This document shows positions 1 through 29,580 of a DNA stretch of 64,000 bases, in pieces. Origin of the DNA: Balanoglossus misakiensis (Eukaryota; Animalia; Hemichordata); assembly GCA_040954595.2 (NCBI GenBank), contig CM082595.2, positions 2,837,943 through 2,901,942 on the forward strand, read 5' to 3'. Each line of letters opens with the position of its first letter. Position 1 is the first letter of the stretch. Below the pieces are notes generated by a model. It saw only the letters and a list, made by a program, of their open reading frames with translations, searched no databases and had not been told where the DNA came from. Made by a program: the position numbers and the translations under genes.

Positions 1-3000
1 ATGCAGGCAACACAGAAACTGAACATCTACTTTGTGTGTGTTAGTTCAGTCATTTATCACCTGGTAGAAACACCAATGCATGGAAATGAAACTTCAGTGT
101 TGTTGGATTGGCTGTTTGGAAAGAGCAACTTTTGTACCACCAATCAGAGAAGTTTCTGCTTTCTTCTACCAGATGTAATCTGAGCTATGAGTATGAAAGA
201 GTGTGACGAGTAAAAGTACGAACTGCCTCTGGCTGCAAAGACTAATGTATAGTTATTACGTACATGTATATGAGCCCAAAGCAAGAATGGACAACTTTGG
301 CCAACAGGAGAGGAGATGCCTTGATTGAGCGAACAGAGTCGCTGGAAAACTTCACCCAACAGAAGTGGTTAATCTCAGACAAGTGTACGCCACAGATTGA
401 TGGCTGTTTCCAGGGCAAATGTTTTATCTCACAGTTTGACAGTTTGATCTCATCTGGTTTTGAGTTCTGTAGATTCGCCTTTGGTCAAAGCTACCGCTTG
501 AAAGTGGCCAAAAAGTGCCCATCAATTACTGATTCCAGATCAGAGAGTTATATTTTATGATTGACCTGCGGACATGATGTTCTCGTTTTCAGGGATGCGA
601 ATGTAGGTCGCCTGGAAACCATTAGAGACAACTCCAATCTTATTAAAACTAAACTTTTTTGTCTTTTTCATCATAAAATCACAATTTACCAGGATATTGA
701 CATACTGCAAGTAGAATGATCATCTAAAATTATCATTGAAAAGTATGAAAAAAATAATGATGATATTTCTCTAACATACACAACCAAAGTCAGAAGATAA
801 CAAAATCTAGCGGAATTATTCATTTGAGGGCAGAATTTGGTCGAGTTTTGATGCAGGATTTGAGGTATACTGCATTGTTACAAGAATAGGTGCTATGGTT
901 GTTCACAAACGGAATATGTTCGGGGCCAAACTGGTGTCGCCACGTTATCACAGTTTCCGTGGCAACACGACTATCAGGCAGTTCCCTTCACACGGGCGGT
1001 CCATCCCAGTCCTGCCAGAAAGATTACACTAGGTGCAATTCGAATGCAATTACCGGGGAATTTGTGGTGGGAATTAGCCATAAAACCCGGGCACTGCTGT
1101 TGATCTAGGAATGGGAGACTGATAGACAAACAGAGACTTGGAAGATGTGGGACAGTTTCATTGCACTTGTGATGTGGTTATCAGAACTCCGATAGGAACC
1201 CTCGTCTGCCAAACAAATAACGCAAATCTCCCCTGCTGATAAAAAGACATAAAATAATCATTGGGTATAATGGTTGGGAACGGTATTGGGAAGTGGTATC
1301 TTATCGGTTCTCATTTATTTGGTGTGAGTATTGGATGCGTTTTGAAGTAGACAGTGTTGGTTGTGTTGCGTTATTAAGCACCTGGGTTGTGATTGCCCTT
1401 TGGTACAGTGACATAGTCAAGTTTGGAAGTCTGTCACGGCATGTATTAGCAATGTCAGAGTTTAACCCATTCCGATGTAGTCAGAACTTGAGAATTGAGA
1501 ATTTTTCCAGTGCCTGATTCTGGTGTCCAATTGAAAATGTCAAAATATTGGGATGCTGTCTCTCTATGAGAATTTTGGCTTTGTTGGGTGATAGCGTCCA
1601 TCTGGTTGCAGCTGTCAAATTCTTGACGATTTCTTTTTTGCATCAGCCCTATGTCTATATAGGCCTATTCCGGAATAAAATGTGTGGTGGAGAATATACT
1701 GCAGAGTTTTATGGAAAAGCAACATGGAAGTTTGTCACAATGAAGTTTTGTGCATAAGGCCAATATCATTATAACTCACGTTGACTCTATCGCATTCCAA
1801 GCGTAGAAAACAAAAACAACTATCTTGACTGAGCACTTAAAAACCAATTAATAGCAAGGAAAATAATTCACGAATGTTGTTGACAGATGTCAGCCATTTC
1901 TTTACTTTCCAAATGATGTGTTTTGCTAATTTGGAACAGATTCACCCGATAACTACCACAATTACTTTGGTTAAGATAAACTAATGACTTAAGTTGACAT
2001 ATTTATGGTCATAATGACCATTTGACTTATTTATGGTTATCATAAATAAGACATTCAGGATGTGGATATTTGACCCAGTACCAGTGCCACACATCAGAAA
2101 TATTTGGTGTCGGGGCAAAGTTTGGCGAGATACGGAATCTCGACCAGGCATCTGATTAAAAGTATCAGACTGGGGTTTGTCATCAGCTGGCAAAGCAAAT
2201 TTAAAATGTATTTTTCCATCTTGGTTAGGAGGTGGATAGAGACAAGATGGCTACCGATGGTTGTGGTCACCGTGGGGATGGGGTCATATGAACAAGTGGT
2301 GGATCTATTGCTTTCAGATCCCCTGAAAATCCATGTCCATATTGTGCAGTCATTAAAAGCAGACATTTTAAACAGGCAGCCAAAAATGTAAACTTTGCCT
2401 TGAAACACAATGGCATTATCATCATAATTTTGTAAGAACATTGATTGTGTAAATTGAGGAGATGGTCCCTTAGAAAGACCCTCTGACAGAAGCTGGTTGA
2501 AGTCAAATTAGGGTCAAAGCCCAGCTTGGCGGCAAGTCAAACATGGGTCAATTAAAAACCCAACTTGCTACCGGCTACATTTCAAGTGGCAACAAAAAAA
2601 TGAGGCTTCATCATCAAACATGTCAGGGTACTGTTGGAAAAGCCTGACATTCTCGTTAGCAAACGGAAAAAAAAGCGAGAGTCCTCTGGTCTTAAAACTC
2701 GCAGAGGCCGACGTCAAAGCAATACCGCTACTGGGACAAAGTTCCTCTGAGGTAACCCAATCCCCGAGTACATCGCATTTCATGTAATGTCCGAACATTG
2801 ATTTATCCAAAATTTTCATATAGGTCATGTACAGAGACGGCTGTTATGCAAACTCCAGCAGCAAAGTATTGCTCGGTTATCTGGAATTAGTAGAAAAGGA
2901 ATTTCGAATGAGCATTTAAAATGCTTTGGCTTGTATGTAAAATTTCCACGGTTTCATAAAATTCTGATTTGTATTGCAGAAATGTATAGTGACATACATT

Positions 3001-6000
3001 TCAGGGTCAACTTCGACCTGCAAGAACTTTTGGCCATGTGCAGGATTGGCTTGTTGTGGGTATAGCTAGATGGGTGGGCACAGTGGTCTCGTTGCAGTAA
3101 CAACAAATTTCTGATATACCGTACATGTACTCCGAGTTGAAATATTGCATATACGGCACGTTTTGCCTTTCCCAATCCAGGTCATTATCACAGCAATGAT
3201 GTGCACCAGTTGTTTTTGTTCTGGCGTGGTCAAATTTTGTTCCAGGGTGCCAAATCTTGGAGAAAGTTTATCCCAGAGCAGAGTGGAACGAATAGACAGA
3301 CCGTCGACAACCTGTATACAGTCTCTCTGTGTGTCGCTTGAGGTCGTATATCATTCCGTTACTCTGCATATTTTAAAAGTATTAGAAACTTTTATGGGGT
3401 TTTTAAACCCTCTGTGCCGTAGACTTTGGAAGAATAACTGGAATGTTATTAAGTTAAGTAAGTTCACCAGTTGGTCCAGTGGCGAAGTAAAATTAACATC
3501 AGATGTGAGGGTTTCAAAATGATCAAGTTTTTTAGACATTGTGCGATCGCTACACAGCTGCAGTACCAGGCAGTACCTTCTCTGTATTCCGGTGCCAGGT
3601 CTGGAAAAGTGAACGCCCGAACAGAAAGCTGGCAGACACTGATCAGTTGTCACCAGCTGGCAGTTATGGGCCGGCCAAGCCAGAACTAAATACCCACAGA
3701 TAAGATATTTTAGTGTCATTAACAGAGAGGTTGAAATTATGTTTGTCTTCTGGGTGAAATTCAAACCATGATTTGACGCGTAGGAGTGGAAAGGTTGAGA
3801 GAGACCTTTACAGGCAGGCTTTTGTGAACGTTATCGGTTGAAATTAAAGAATTTTATACTAAAGATAAAAATGGTACAGGGGAGGGATTTTGATACATTG
3901 AAGGACACCTCAAGACAATTAATCGCCAGAGTAGAGTTCCCTGTGTGTGTCACTCAGCTATTTGCTGTTCCGTGAGATGCAGTTGGATGGCCAATGTACG
4001 TTTGTGTAGTGGGCAGCCACTGGGAACTTCTGGCCGGCACTCCAGCCAACATCAAAGCACAGCCTAAAGTGGACCGGTGTTTAAACAGGGGTCTCTTAAG
4101 AATTAAACATACAGGTTTTTCAGAACAGCATGAAAAGATGCCTAATCTTTTCCAAATTGGGGGCCATTGTTTCAGTAAATTGTCTTTTGATTGCACTATC
4201 AATAGAGGTGGATACACCAAAGAAAAACTTTCCCTTCTGAAGTGAAGACCGACAGACAATAGATCGGTTATCTAATCGATTAGCAAACCGCAAGACAAGC
4301 AAGGCTGGGCACTGACAGTAATGGTCGCCACGGCAACTGTTTTCATAACAAATGTTCATAACATTTGCAGGTGCGAAAGTCAATTTGCAGATCAGCAGCG
4401 GTTTGTTTTGGAACTTTTCTCAGGTGCGCTCTGTATCTGCATCGCAGAGTACCGCGTCACAATGGGCATTTACAGATAATGCCGGTTTGGGTAAAACCCT
4501 GAGTAGCAGAAGCCTCCAAACAATAGGATGGGTCACACAACCGCTTTGTATGTTACCCACCTCCTCCAACAAATAGTACTTGAGGTCAGGTTTTCGGTAG
4601 CAGTTGAACTTTGATTTGAGTGAAAACAATGATTTCAAGAGAGGGATTTAGATGTTGTCACTGGTTAATTATATATATCACAGTTTCTTTGTCTCTGTGA
4701 ACATGTGGCCAGTTAAGTACGATTTTCAATGGAACTGCAGCTCAGAAGTTACCTAGCAGCCATCGGTACAATCCTTCGGAAAAGGGGCCAGTTTAGAATG
4801 GAGAATTTACTGAACTGCAGCCAAACAAAACAAAACAAAACAAACTGTGAGAATGAGATTTTGCACACATTAAAAAGAGCTTCAATGAGACAGATGAGAC
4901 AGAAATGATGTTGATCTCATATTTCCAGAAATGAGAGGGATATTTTTTGGATTGATACAGGTTTTGGACTACTACAAAATTTGCAACTAGGCTGTCAAAG
5001 GACACCAATTAGACTGGTGTCATGTTTCTGGGAGTTGTATTACAGTGGTTCTTTTAAAGACAGTTTTGTCTCCCTCTCCTCTGTCTGTCTGGCTTTGCTA
5101 TTAAAGTAATTACTACCTGCTGTGTTGATAATAGGTGTGTGCTAATTGGGATTATACTAGTGTCTGCTTGCTTGTCCAGCGATGCAGCCCAGCTATTTCG
5201 TGTGAACAAACATCGAAGTGTGGGTCCATGCTTTAGTATTGTGTGTATGATTGTAATAACCACAGCACATGGTCACTCTCATATCCATCGTTTTACCGAG
5301 GCTTAGAAAAATACAAGCGTTAATAACAGGTGTCTATGGCCTTGTTTTTACCACTTAGAGTTAAGATGTACCCTCAATGGGAGATCTGTAATTCCTCTTC
5401 TATCAACTGAAAAATATTTTCATTCAGTGCTGCACCTGTAGCCAGACACTGCCAATACCTGCCTTCAAGGCTCACTTTCACAATTTGAAAAGGGGAAAAA
5501 GAACTTGAATCGCATGTTCTCTGGGAGTTCTTTGTTTGGTGTTTAAGCTGTGATAAACATCAATTAGTCGTGTTTTTTTAATGTTAATTTAAAATGCATC
5601 GGGGAAGGGGTTTGTTTCTGTGGTGAAAGTGAGAATGTTTTTGGTCGTTGTGCGTCACCATGAGCCGTAAGCCCCAAGAAGTTGTTGACGCAAACTCTTT
5701 GGTCTGAGAAAGCTCTCAAAAGGGGATCTTCAAGAGAGGGACATTGAGAATGAAGACATTGGTTTCAAGAACAGATTGCTTAAGGAATAAACTGGATAAA
5801 CAAGCGAAAGATTATATGTTTTTGTCAGAGGGAGGATGGCCTGTAAAAAAGTTTAAGTTTACCAGGAACATTCTGCAATGCAAACAACACTTTCCTTCAA
5901 AACTTCACAAACATGACCAACTCTTGTTATTTGACTTTTAAAATGCTCACACATGACTGACTAAGGTCCCCTGAGTTTTGGCCCTTTGAAAATGCAAGAA

Positions 6001-8127
6001 TGCAGTTGTTCCTGATTGTTGGCTGCTGTTTTCTTTGTAGAAATAAAATGTATCCTGTTCTGAAAGCAACTACCAAGTTAGTTCCAACAACAAAAAAGAG
6101 AATAGGCATGTTATATTCCATCAGGCTCTGCTAAGTGATAACCAGTGGAGTCTAAAATCGACCTTCCTATATAGCTTTAGGGCAAAAACTAGTCTGCTGT
6201 TGGATTTAAGATCTTTTTGTCAGAAAGAAATATGCAAACAACTGTGTCTTGTATTTCTTGTGGTTGACAATTGACCATATAGTTCAACTTTGTCAAAAAA
6301 GTTGGGTTGATGTATCGCCACGGCAATCTAGTGAGTAAACAAATGGATGTATACTGTAGCTCGCTGCATAAAACAGACAGACAGAACCGATTTCTCCATT
6401 AATATTCAGCTCTCAACATTTCTTTTATCACAGCTATTGGAATAAGAGTTGCATTTGTCTGCTCAGGTGCTAGTTACAGACCCTTCCAAAAGTGACTTGA
6501 CTTTTCAAAAGTTGTAGCCTGATGCTTGATTTAAGAAATCAGCTTGGGATGGACTGTGTCTGTGGCCCTGTGTCTGATCATTACATGTCTCCAGAGTCTT
6601 AGTGAGTGAAACAGACCAGTGAAGTGTACAAATGTTGATTTCATAGAACACCAAGGACATTGTAAAGCCTCTTTTCTCTGGATGGATTCACGTTAGGTAT
6701 TTCCCTAAGCCCCTCTCTGTTCAGCCTTCCCAAATGGCCGGTTTGATTGTGCTATTCTTTCAGCGGAATTAAACATGACTGGTAGCAAAATGGACAACGC
6801 GGAGAACCATTTATGGCTGACCCACAGAAAAGCTACAAATTGTTAAGTTGTCTGTCTTGGTTTAAATCTACAAGTCGTAATCTCCCGATCCCTCGGAAGA
6901 TGTATTGTCACAAAAGTTTCTGAAACAGGAGTGTGCGTTTTTTTCTCCCCAACTGCGACGAACAAGGTTAGGTTTGTAACAGAAGGCTAGAAAATGACTG
7001 TTAGTGAAATGGGCAGTGCATGAAAACTTTTATGGCTGAAACACAAAAAAGCTAGCAAAAAAAGACCATTCTCATATAAGAACATAATATTTTTTTTACC
7101 TGAAAGGAAAAGGTAAAATAATGAAAAGAAAACAGTAACAATGTTTGTTTTATAAATCCTTTTTATAGACAAGTTTAATTCTTAAATCCAAGGTAAAGCT
7201 TTGGTACAGACGTACCAAGGCTGGTAGCTCTACCATGTTTGGTAACCAAGCATGACTGAAACCAGCCTTGCCTTGGTCTGTCAGGACCATTCTGTGTCAA
7301 CCTCTATTCATCATAAGGTCAGGTTTAGTGACAAGGTAGGAAACAATGGATGGACAAGGTGTCTTGTGGGTGCTTGAGCTTTAAACTCCAAGGGAACAGG
7401 ACGTGTGGGAGACTTTGTGATGTGCTTGTTCTAAGCCTTGACATTTTGGCAGTTTCAAAATATATTTAACCTTTCAACTTTTCACTCAGCCAAGGTTGGT
7501 TGAGGTCAATAGTCAAAGTTCAAACATGAACGATCACTTGGTGTGGTACGTGTCCTCAGGTGAACAAAAAAACAAAAGAGTTTGGCTTTGTCCCTTTAAT
7601 GAGTTGATTTGGTGCAAGTGTGTGCTGTGGCCATACTACCCATTCCCTGACTAGCTGTTTCAGTTTGTCTAGGTGTGATTCTCACATCAAGTGTCTTTGT
7701 TTTGCGTGAATGCCCAAATCCATTCAAGGCCATAGACTGTCATTGAAACTAGTAATTAAATCATCAGCAGTATTTTAAATACAAGTAGCTGTGAAAGTCT
7801 TTTATGTTCCATTCTATCTCTTCTGGTGTTCCATGTTCTCATCCTTTGTTCAGAACATCTCCAAAAAAAGCATCACCTTCGTCAGATACAACATTGGTAC
7901 TCCTGACAGACCATTGGTGTGAAAATCTGTATTTACTTGACAATAAACCCCTTCCTTCTCACAGAGATGGTGTGAAAAGGTAAACTTGATCCCATTGTCT
8001 CTCAAGGAGCAGTATGGGGCTTACAGGACCATCTTAACATTCCATGAGGACATGTTGGCCTCTTGAAACGACAGAGAAGGGTTCGACTCTCAAAAACACT
8101 GGTAGAACTCCCCTGAATTCTCGTTAA

Positions 8128-8398
8128 CTTTGTGCTGACTTAGGTTCACTGACTTCTTATCATATCTCTTATATCCACATTATTTCTTATCGATGGTTCC
8201 TGCCATTATTATTATGTACAGCCATTATTTAGCAATTATTCTTTACTTTGTGCTAACTTAGAGGTTCACTGACCTCTTATCATCATGATGTCATCGTTTT
8301 ATCATCATGATGTCATCGTTCTGTCTGTGCACATTATTTCTTACCAATGGTTCCTGCCATTATTTAGTGTGTAAAGCCATTATTTAGCAATTATTGAT
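8128..8398. repeat. Imperfect tandem duplication (two copies, about 117-150 bp)
   Basis: ctttgtgct.actta..ggttcactgac..cttatcat...cacattatttctta..atggttcctgccattatt...agccattatttagcaattatt occurs twice, with an internal duplication of about 21 bp in copy 2. Confidence 0.8.
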
Positions 8399-9389
8399 TA
8401 CTCTGTATTGATGTGTTTCTCGTATGAGGTGAAAGGCAGAACATCTAAAGTGTGTCAACTCATTTTAAATCAACTTTAACGTTAATCACACCAGCACATC
8501 ATTAACAGATAAACACGTGTCAGGCTAGAGCAAACAATGCATTCATTACAAAACATTCTGCAGTCACAGTAAACTCTTCATTTACGTGTATGCCTGCATT
8601 ATTTATAACTAAAATAGAAATACTAGTCTTATTCAAACATAAATCATGTTGTTATTTGTGATTGGTCGTCTTTTTTCCATATTTTAAGAAAGATGACATA
8701 TATCTCAACACGGGGTTTCAGAGCATGCTAAATTTGGCCTAATTAAAACGTCTTTGCTCTGTGCTAAAGGTTATGATCTTAGAGATCAAAGGAAAATCTT
8801 TGTTACTTCTTTTTCTCACTCTCGGGTTGAGTATATTCGTGGCCCTGAGGCAGTCACCATTAACGTACCGACCCTTGTTACTCGCGTATTGTGCAGTTAT
8901 TTCGGAGTCTAATGTTCGGTGCTCTCCTTGGGGTGCCGAATACTTTTACAAACTGAGAGTCAAATTTGAATGTCTGGGGTGTTTTTCTTATTCCATGTGG
9001 GTTGCTTCCATTTGTGAAAGTTCTCTAAGTTCAAGAGATTCGTGATTCACCAGGGGATTAAGTTTGTGCAAATTAAGATGCGATTTAATGTCGTATTGAG
9101 ATTGTTTGCACAACGTTTTGACTTTCTCAGAGAAGAAAGGGCTTGCAGTTAATGTTTGCATACGACAGAAGTGTGAAAACTTTGCTGTGAACTCAATGGC
9201 AATATTGTCAAAATACATGACAAAGTAACAGTGGCAGCTGATACTTTGAACACTAGGTGGCGCTCATACACGTTCTTATATTCACAGGTGTAAAAACTAT
9301 ATGAATTTAAAGAAATATATGATCGAAGTGATGGAAGTGATTATAAAGATGTGCAACTCATGTTCTGTCCTTTACTTTATATATTGCAG

Positions 9390-24414
<15,025 letters not shown>

Positions 24415-25620
24415 CTTCACCAACACTTTCAGGGAAACTGACTCTTAATATTACATCCACACTGCCTAGCAACAGTCACTATGCCTAGTCTGTTGTCATA
24501 GCAACACAAGATTTTTTATGCTACCCAGAGGGGATTTACATGACATGTAAGTGGCCATTAGTGAACACACATCGTTCCTATGACAACAGATGAACATTTG
24601 TTGCAATAGCAACATGATTGTAATGTTGTTTAGAGTCGCATTTGTGACTGACTAGCGTGGAGCAGCTACTGAACGTCAACAAGCAAATATTATGGGACAG
24701 TTATTTTTGCTAAAATTATCAAAAGTTGACAAAGTGAAAATTGTTTCAGCTTGTTGCTTAGTAACGCTGCTTGCAGTTAAAATCTATATTTATGCAAATA
24801 CAGCACAGAAAACTTGATAAAATACTTGAAATTTATGATTCCATTTGTATCGCTGCAGATTTGTATTGTCATGTTTTCACATTTTTAATTTTCTGTATTT
24901 GTTTATACTCTTGTCAACTCACAGAGAAAGTTTACATTTTTTTGACAAAACCTAATTTGCATGTAATGCAAATCTTTTAGGTTATCTGAGGTCAACGGTC
25001 AGCATAATACTAAATATTCATTATGAGAAATGATGTATACTGGTAGATTTTCTGTTAGAGCATTTATGTTGTTTCTAAGCGTAGAATTATTTTGCTGTTA
25101 AATTTCAAAGAAATTAATGATTGTTCACCAGTGAGGGATAACTGTCTTGATATCTGTTAGACTTTCTCTTTGATATTGTAATGGAAAAATATCTATTTGA
25201 ATTGTTACACTACCTCACGACTGTCTGTGACCTGGCAGAGAAGATTGTTGAAACTACAGAACTTTTACTTCAAAACATCTACTGACCTGCCTCCCCTTGG
25301 CCTTGCGAAAGTTGCTGCTGGTTGGACAGCCTGGTCTGGCTGGGATGAAGCGTGTCCAGTTGTATGAAAGACTTCAGTGAATGTTATCGTACAGACGTCT
25401 GACACATGGCAGCACGGGACGGAATTTAAATATGTTAATTGGTCTGCAGGTCAAATGGAAATATTACAAAGGAGACTCTCTCAGAAATGTGACGAATTTG
25501 ATGAAAAACGTCAGGTTTTCTTATTCAAACAGTGACATCATGATGAATTGTTTGTACATAAATGAATTGTGAAGACTGGTGATATCAGAATGTGCTCACT
25601 GACCCATCGAACAGGACTTG

Positions 25621-25680
25621 GCGGCCATTTTGGATTTTCTGGATAAGAGGTCAGGCGGCCATTTTGGATTTTCTGGATAA
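25621..25680. repeat. 26-bp direct repeat, two copies
   Basis: gcggccattttggattttctggataa twice. Confidence 0.8.
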
Positions 25681-27113
25681 GTTAAGAGGTCAGGTGGACT
25701 TGAGACCTGAAAGTTCAATGCACCACTCCCTTGTGAGAATCCTGAACGTAAACGAAAAACAACTTGTTTTAATTGCAGCAATCTCTTGCGGTTACATGAA
25801 AATCTTGCCAAATTCATAATTATTTTGTTTAGTTTGGCCTTTTTATATATAATATCAGCAATGAGCAACCTGCCTGGCTTTTAGATGTTTACTAATCTTA
25901 AGGGGCTACATGCAAATTTGCTTATTTAAATAATAGGAATGGCTCATTGAAATTAGGGTTGAGCTGTAGAAATTGCAAGTTTATGGGAGAAGAATTTTAA
26001 ATGTAAACACTGTAAATGTACTATAAATTTAGCAAATTACGAAATGTGACTGGCACATGGGAATTTAGAAAAGGTTATGTAGATATAGTAAAAATTGTGT
26101 CAATATGTGATCAGATTCAGTAAATAACAAAAATTATATTTGCATAAATTTTGTACTAATCGCCAATCAGAATCGTGCATCAGAAGTTTATATTCAAATT
26201 TCATTCCATGACAGCCAATGAGAATGGCACATCATGGTTGATGTCATCAGAAATTCTGCACTGACATCCAATCAATGCAGTGAAGAAATGAGTAAATCTA
26301 AAGATTGGTGCTTTTTACTATAGAGTACAGATGACAAGGGTCAGTACAGTGACCTGTATTCATCTGCATATTAATGATCAAACCATCTGTGCCCGGACAT
26401 TATGGGATGGTCTGCATTACAACTGAAACCAACCAACAAGCAACTAAAATTGTAGTTTGTCATGATTTGTCAAAATGATTGTGTCACTTGCAATTTCTGT
26501 TTTTTTTTATACTTTTATACTTTGCACGCTAAATTATGGATTATAAATGCTGCAAACAATTGCAAAAAAAAAATAATTACAGGCATAGTAGTATTAAGGC
26601 ATACACATCCATTGTTTTCAACTATAGAACTGTTGTAGGTTGCTGGGTTTCAGTTGTACAATTTTTAAAGAAAAGTTTATATTTAATAATGGAGTCACGG
26701 AGACAACATCAGTTTATACCTGTTATAGTTATATTAGATAATTATTCTATAATATGTAATTCTGTCATTATGGTACATCTTAGTGAGACTACCCCCATTT
26801 TCTGTGTACATTGGAACAATCCGTTCGGTTAAACCATTTCATCTGAAAGTATGGGGGTTACAGAGAAGTTTTGAACGTCTAATTCACTAACGGTGACAGT
26901 CAGGTGGCCCAGGGCCAGTTGCTGCTAGCAGTTATTATTTTTTGTGGTTAATTATATTTGTTTTATTTTTTATTTGCTACCACAGAATGTTTACAAGTTT
27001 TGTATGATGCTACTCTGTCTAAGTTACGAAGACTGAAATATATACTATTTACTGTAAAAAATGAGTGTGGTAGATTTCTTTTTAGAGGCTGCTTTGGATG
27101 CCAATATTGAGGA

Positions 27114-27119
27114 AATAAA
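27114..27119 (+). terminator. Candidate polyadenylation signal for MEGF6
   Basis: AATAAA about 2.7 kb after the stop and about 180 bp before the satellite; motif only. Confidence 0.3.
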
Positions 27120-27298
27120 GGTCAAGGTCAACCCAAGGTCACATAAACTTGACTTGTCAAAAAATTGTGATCCTATACTGGTCAAAGTCCAACACAAACC
27201 AGACGTCTAGCCCTATTGGTTATCCTAAAATTAGGTATGCGCATAATTAATGAGGTAAAGTATAACAATCCTTAAACAACAAAAACACAAAAATTTCC

Positions 27299-29580
27299 AA
27301 ATTTTCATGAGTTGAAACCCATGAAAAAATTTCATGAGCTATAACCCATGGTTTTTTTTCATGAGCTATAAACCATGAAAAATGTCCAAAATGAAAATTT
27401 CAATTCTTGAAAATTTTCATGATTTGAAATTTTCATTTTGGACATTTTTCATGGTTTATAGCTCATGAAAAAAAACCATGGGTTATAGCTCATGAAATTT
27501 TTTCATGGGTTTCAACTCATGAAAATTTTCAAGAATTGAAATTTTCATTTTGGACATTTTTCATGGTTTATAGCTCATGAAAAAAAACCATGGGTTATAG
27601 CTCATGAAATTTTTTCATGGGTTTCAACTCATGAAAAATGTCCAAAATGAAAATTTCAATTCTTGAAAATTTTCATGATTTGAAATTTTCATTTTTGACA
27701 TTTTTCATGGTTTATAGCTCATGAAAAAAAACCATGGGTTATAGCTCATGAAATTTTTTCATGGGTTTCAACTCATGAAAAATGTCCAAAATGAAAATTT
27801 CAATTCTTGAAAATTTTCATGATTTGAAATTTTCATTTTGGACATTTTTCATGGTTTATAGCTCATGAAAAAAAACCATGGGTTATAGCTCATGAAATTT
27901 TTTCATGGGTTTCAACTCATGAAAATTTTCAAGAATTGAAATTTTCATTTTGGACATTTTTCATGGTTTATAGCTCATGAAAAAAAACCATGGGTTATAG
28001 CTCATGAAATTTTTTCATGGGTTTCAACTCATGAAAATTTTCAAGAATTGAAATTTTCATTTTGGACATTTTTCATGGTTTATAGCTCATGAAAAAAAAC
28101 CATGGGTTATAGCTCATGAAATTTTTTCATGGGTTTCAACTCATGAAAAATGTCCAAAATGAAAATTTCAATTCTTGAAAATTTTCATGATTTGAAATTT
28201 TCATTTTTGACATTTTTCATGGTTTATAGCTCATGAAAAAAAACCATGGGTTATAGCTCATGAAATTTTTTCATGGGTTTCAACTCATGAAAAATGTCCA
28301 AAATGAAAATTTCAATTCTTGAAAATTTTCATGATTTGAAATTTTCATTTTGGACATTTTTCATGGTTTATAGCTCATGAAAAAAAACCATGGGTTATAG
28401 CTCATGAAATTTTTTCATGGGTTTCAACTCATGAAAATTTTCAAGAATTGAAATTTTCATTTTGGACATTTTTCATGGTTTATAGCTCATGAAAAAAAAC
28501 CATGGGTTATAGCTCATGAAATTTTTTCATGGGTTTCAACTCATGAAAATTTTCAAGAATTGAAATTTTCATTTTGGACATTTTTCATGGTTTATAGCTC
28601 ATGAAAAAAAACCATGGGTTATAGCTCATGAAATTTTTTCATGGGTTTCAACTCATGAAAAATGTCCAAAATGAAAATTTCAATTCTTGAAAATTTTCAT
28701 GATTTGAAATTTTCATTTTTGACATTTTTCATGGTTTATAGCTCATGAAAAAAAACCATGGGTTATAGCTCATGAAATTTTTTCATGGGTTTCAACTCAT
28801 GAAAAATGTCCAAAATGAAAATTTCAATTCTTGAAAATTTTCATGATTTGAAATTTTCATTTTGGACATTTTTCATGGTTTATAGCTCATGAAAAAAAAC
28901 CATGGGTTATAGCTCATGAAATTTTTTCATGGGTTTCAACTCATGAAAAATGTCCAAAATGAAAATTTCAATTCTTGAAAATTTTCATGATTTGAAATTT
29001 TCATTTTGGACATTTTTCATGGTTTATAGCTCATGAAAAAAAACCATGGGTTATAGCTCATGAAATTTTTTCATGGGTTTCAACTCATGAAAATTTTCAA
29101 GAATTGAAATTTTCATTTTGGACATTTTTCATGGTTTATAGCTCATGAAAAAAAACCATGGGTTATAGCTCATGAAATTTTTTCATGGGTTTCAACTCAT
29201 GAAAATTTTCAAGAATTGAAATTTTCATTTTGGACATTTTTCATGGTTTATAGCTCATGAAAAAAAACCATGGGTTATAGCTCATGAAATTTTTTCATGG
29301 GTTTCAACTCATGAAAAATGTCCAAAATGAAAATTTCAATTCTTGAAAATTTTCATGATTTGAAATTTTCATTTTGGACATTTTTCATGGTTTATAGCTC
29401 ATGAAAAAAAACCATGGGTTATAGCTCATGAATTTTTTTCATGGGTCTCAACTCATGAAAATTTTCAAGAATTGAAATTTTCATTTTGGACATTTTTCAT
29501 GGTTTATAGCTCATGAAAAAAAACCATGGGTTATAGCTCATGAAATTTTTTCATGGGTTTCAACTCATGAAAATTTTCAA
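27299..29580. repeat. Palindromic (foldback) satellite array of 112- and 144-bp units
   Basis: 17 forward copies of the core GACATTTTTCATGGTTTATAGCTCATG... at spacings 112,144,144,112,112,144,144,112,112,144,144,144,112,112,144,112, plus one inverted copy at 27299-27420. Copies are nearly identical. Confidence 0.97.

Noticed and set aside
890-1108. ORF with GPNWCRHVITVSV, reminiscent of an EMI-domain start that could be a 5' MEGF6 exon
   Set aside because: The later EMI cysteine pattern (CCxGW/Y) is missing and there is no convincing acceptor/donor pair.
1-9389. Numerous 60-137 aa ORFs
   Set aside because: No recognisable domains or coherent splice structure; probably a large MEGF6 intron.
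27299-29580. CRISPR-like array
   Set aside because: No unique spacers, no cas genes and a eukaryotic context; it is a satellite.
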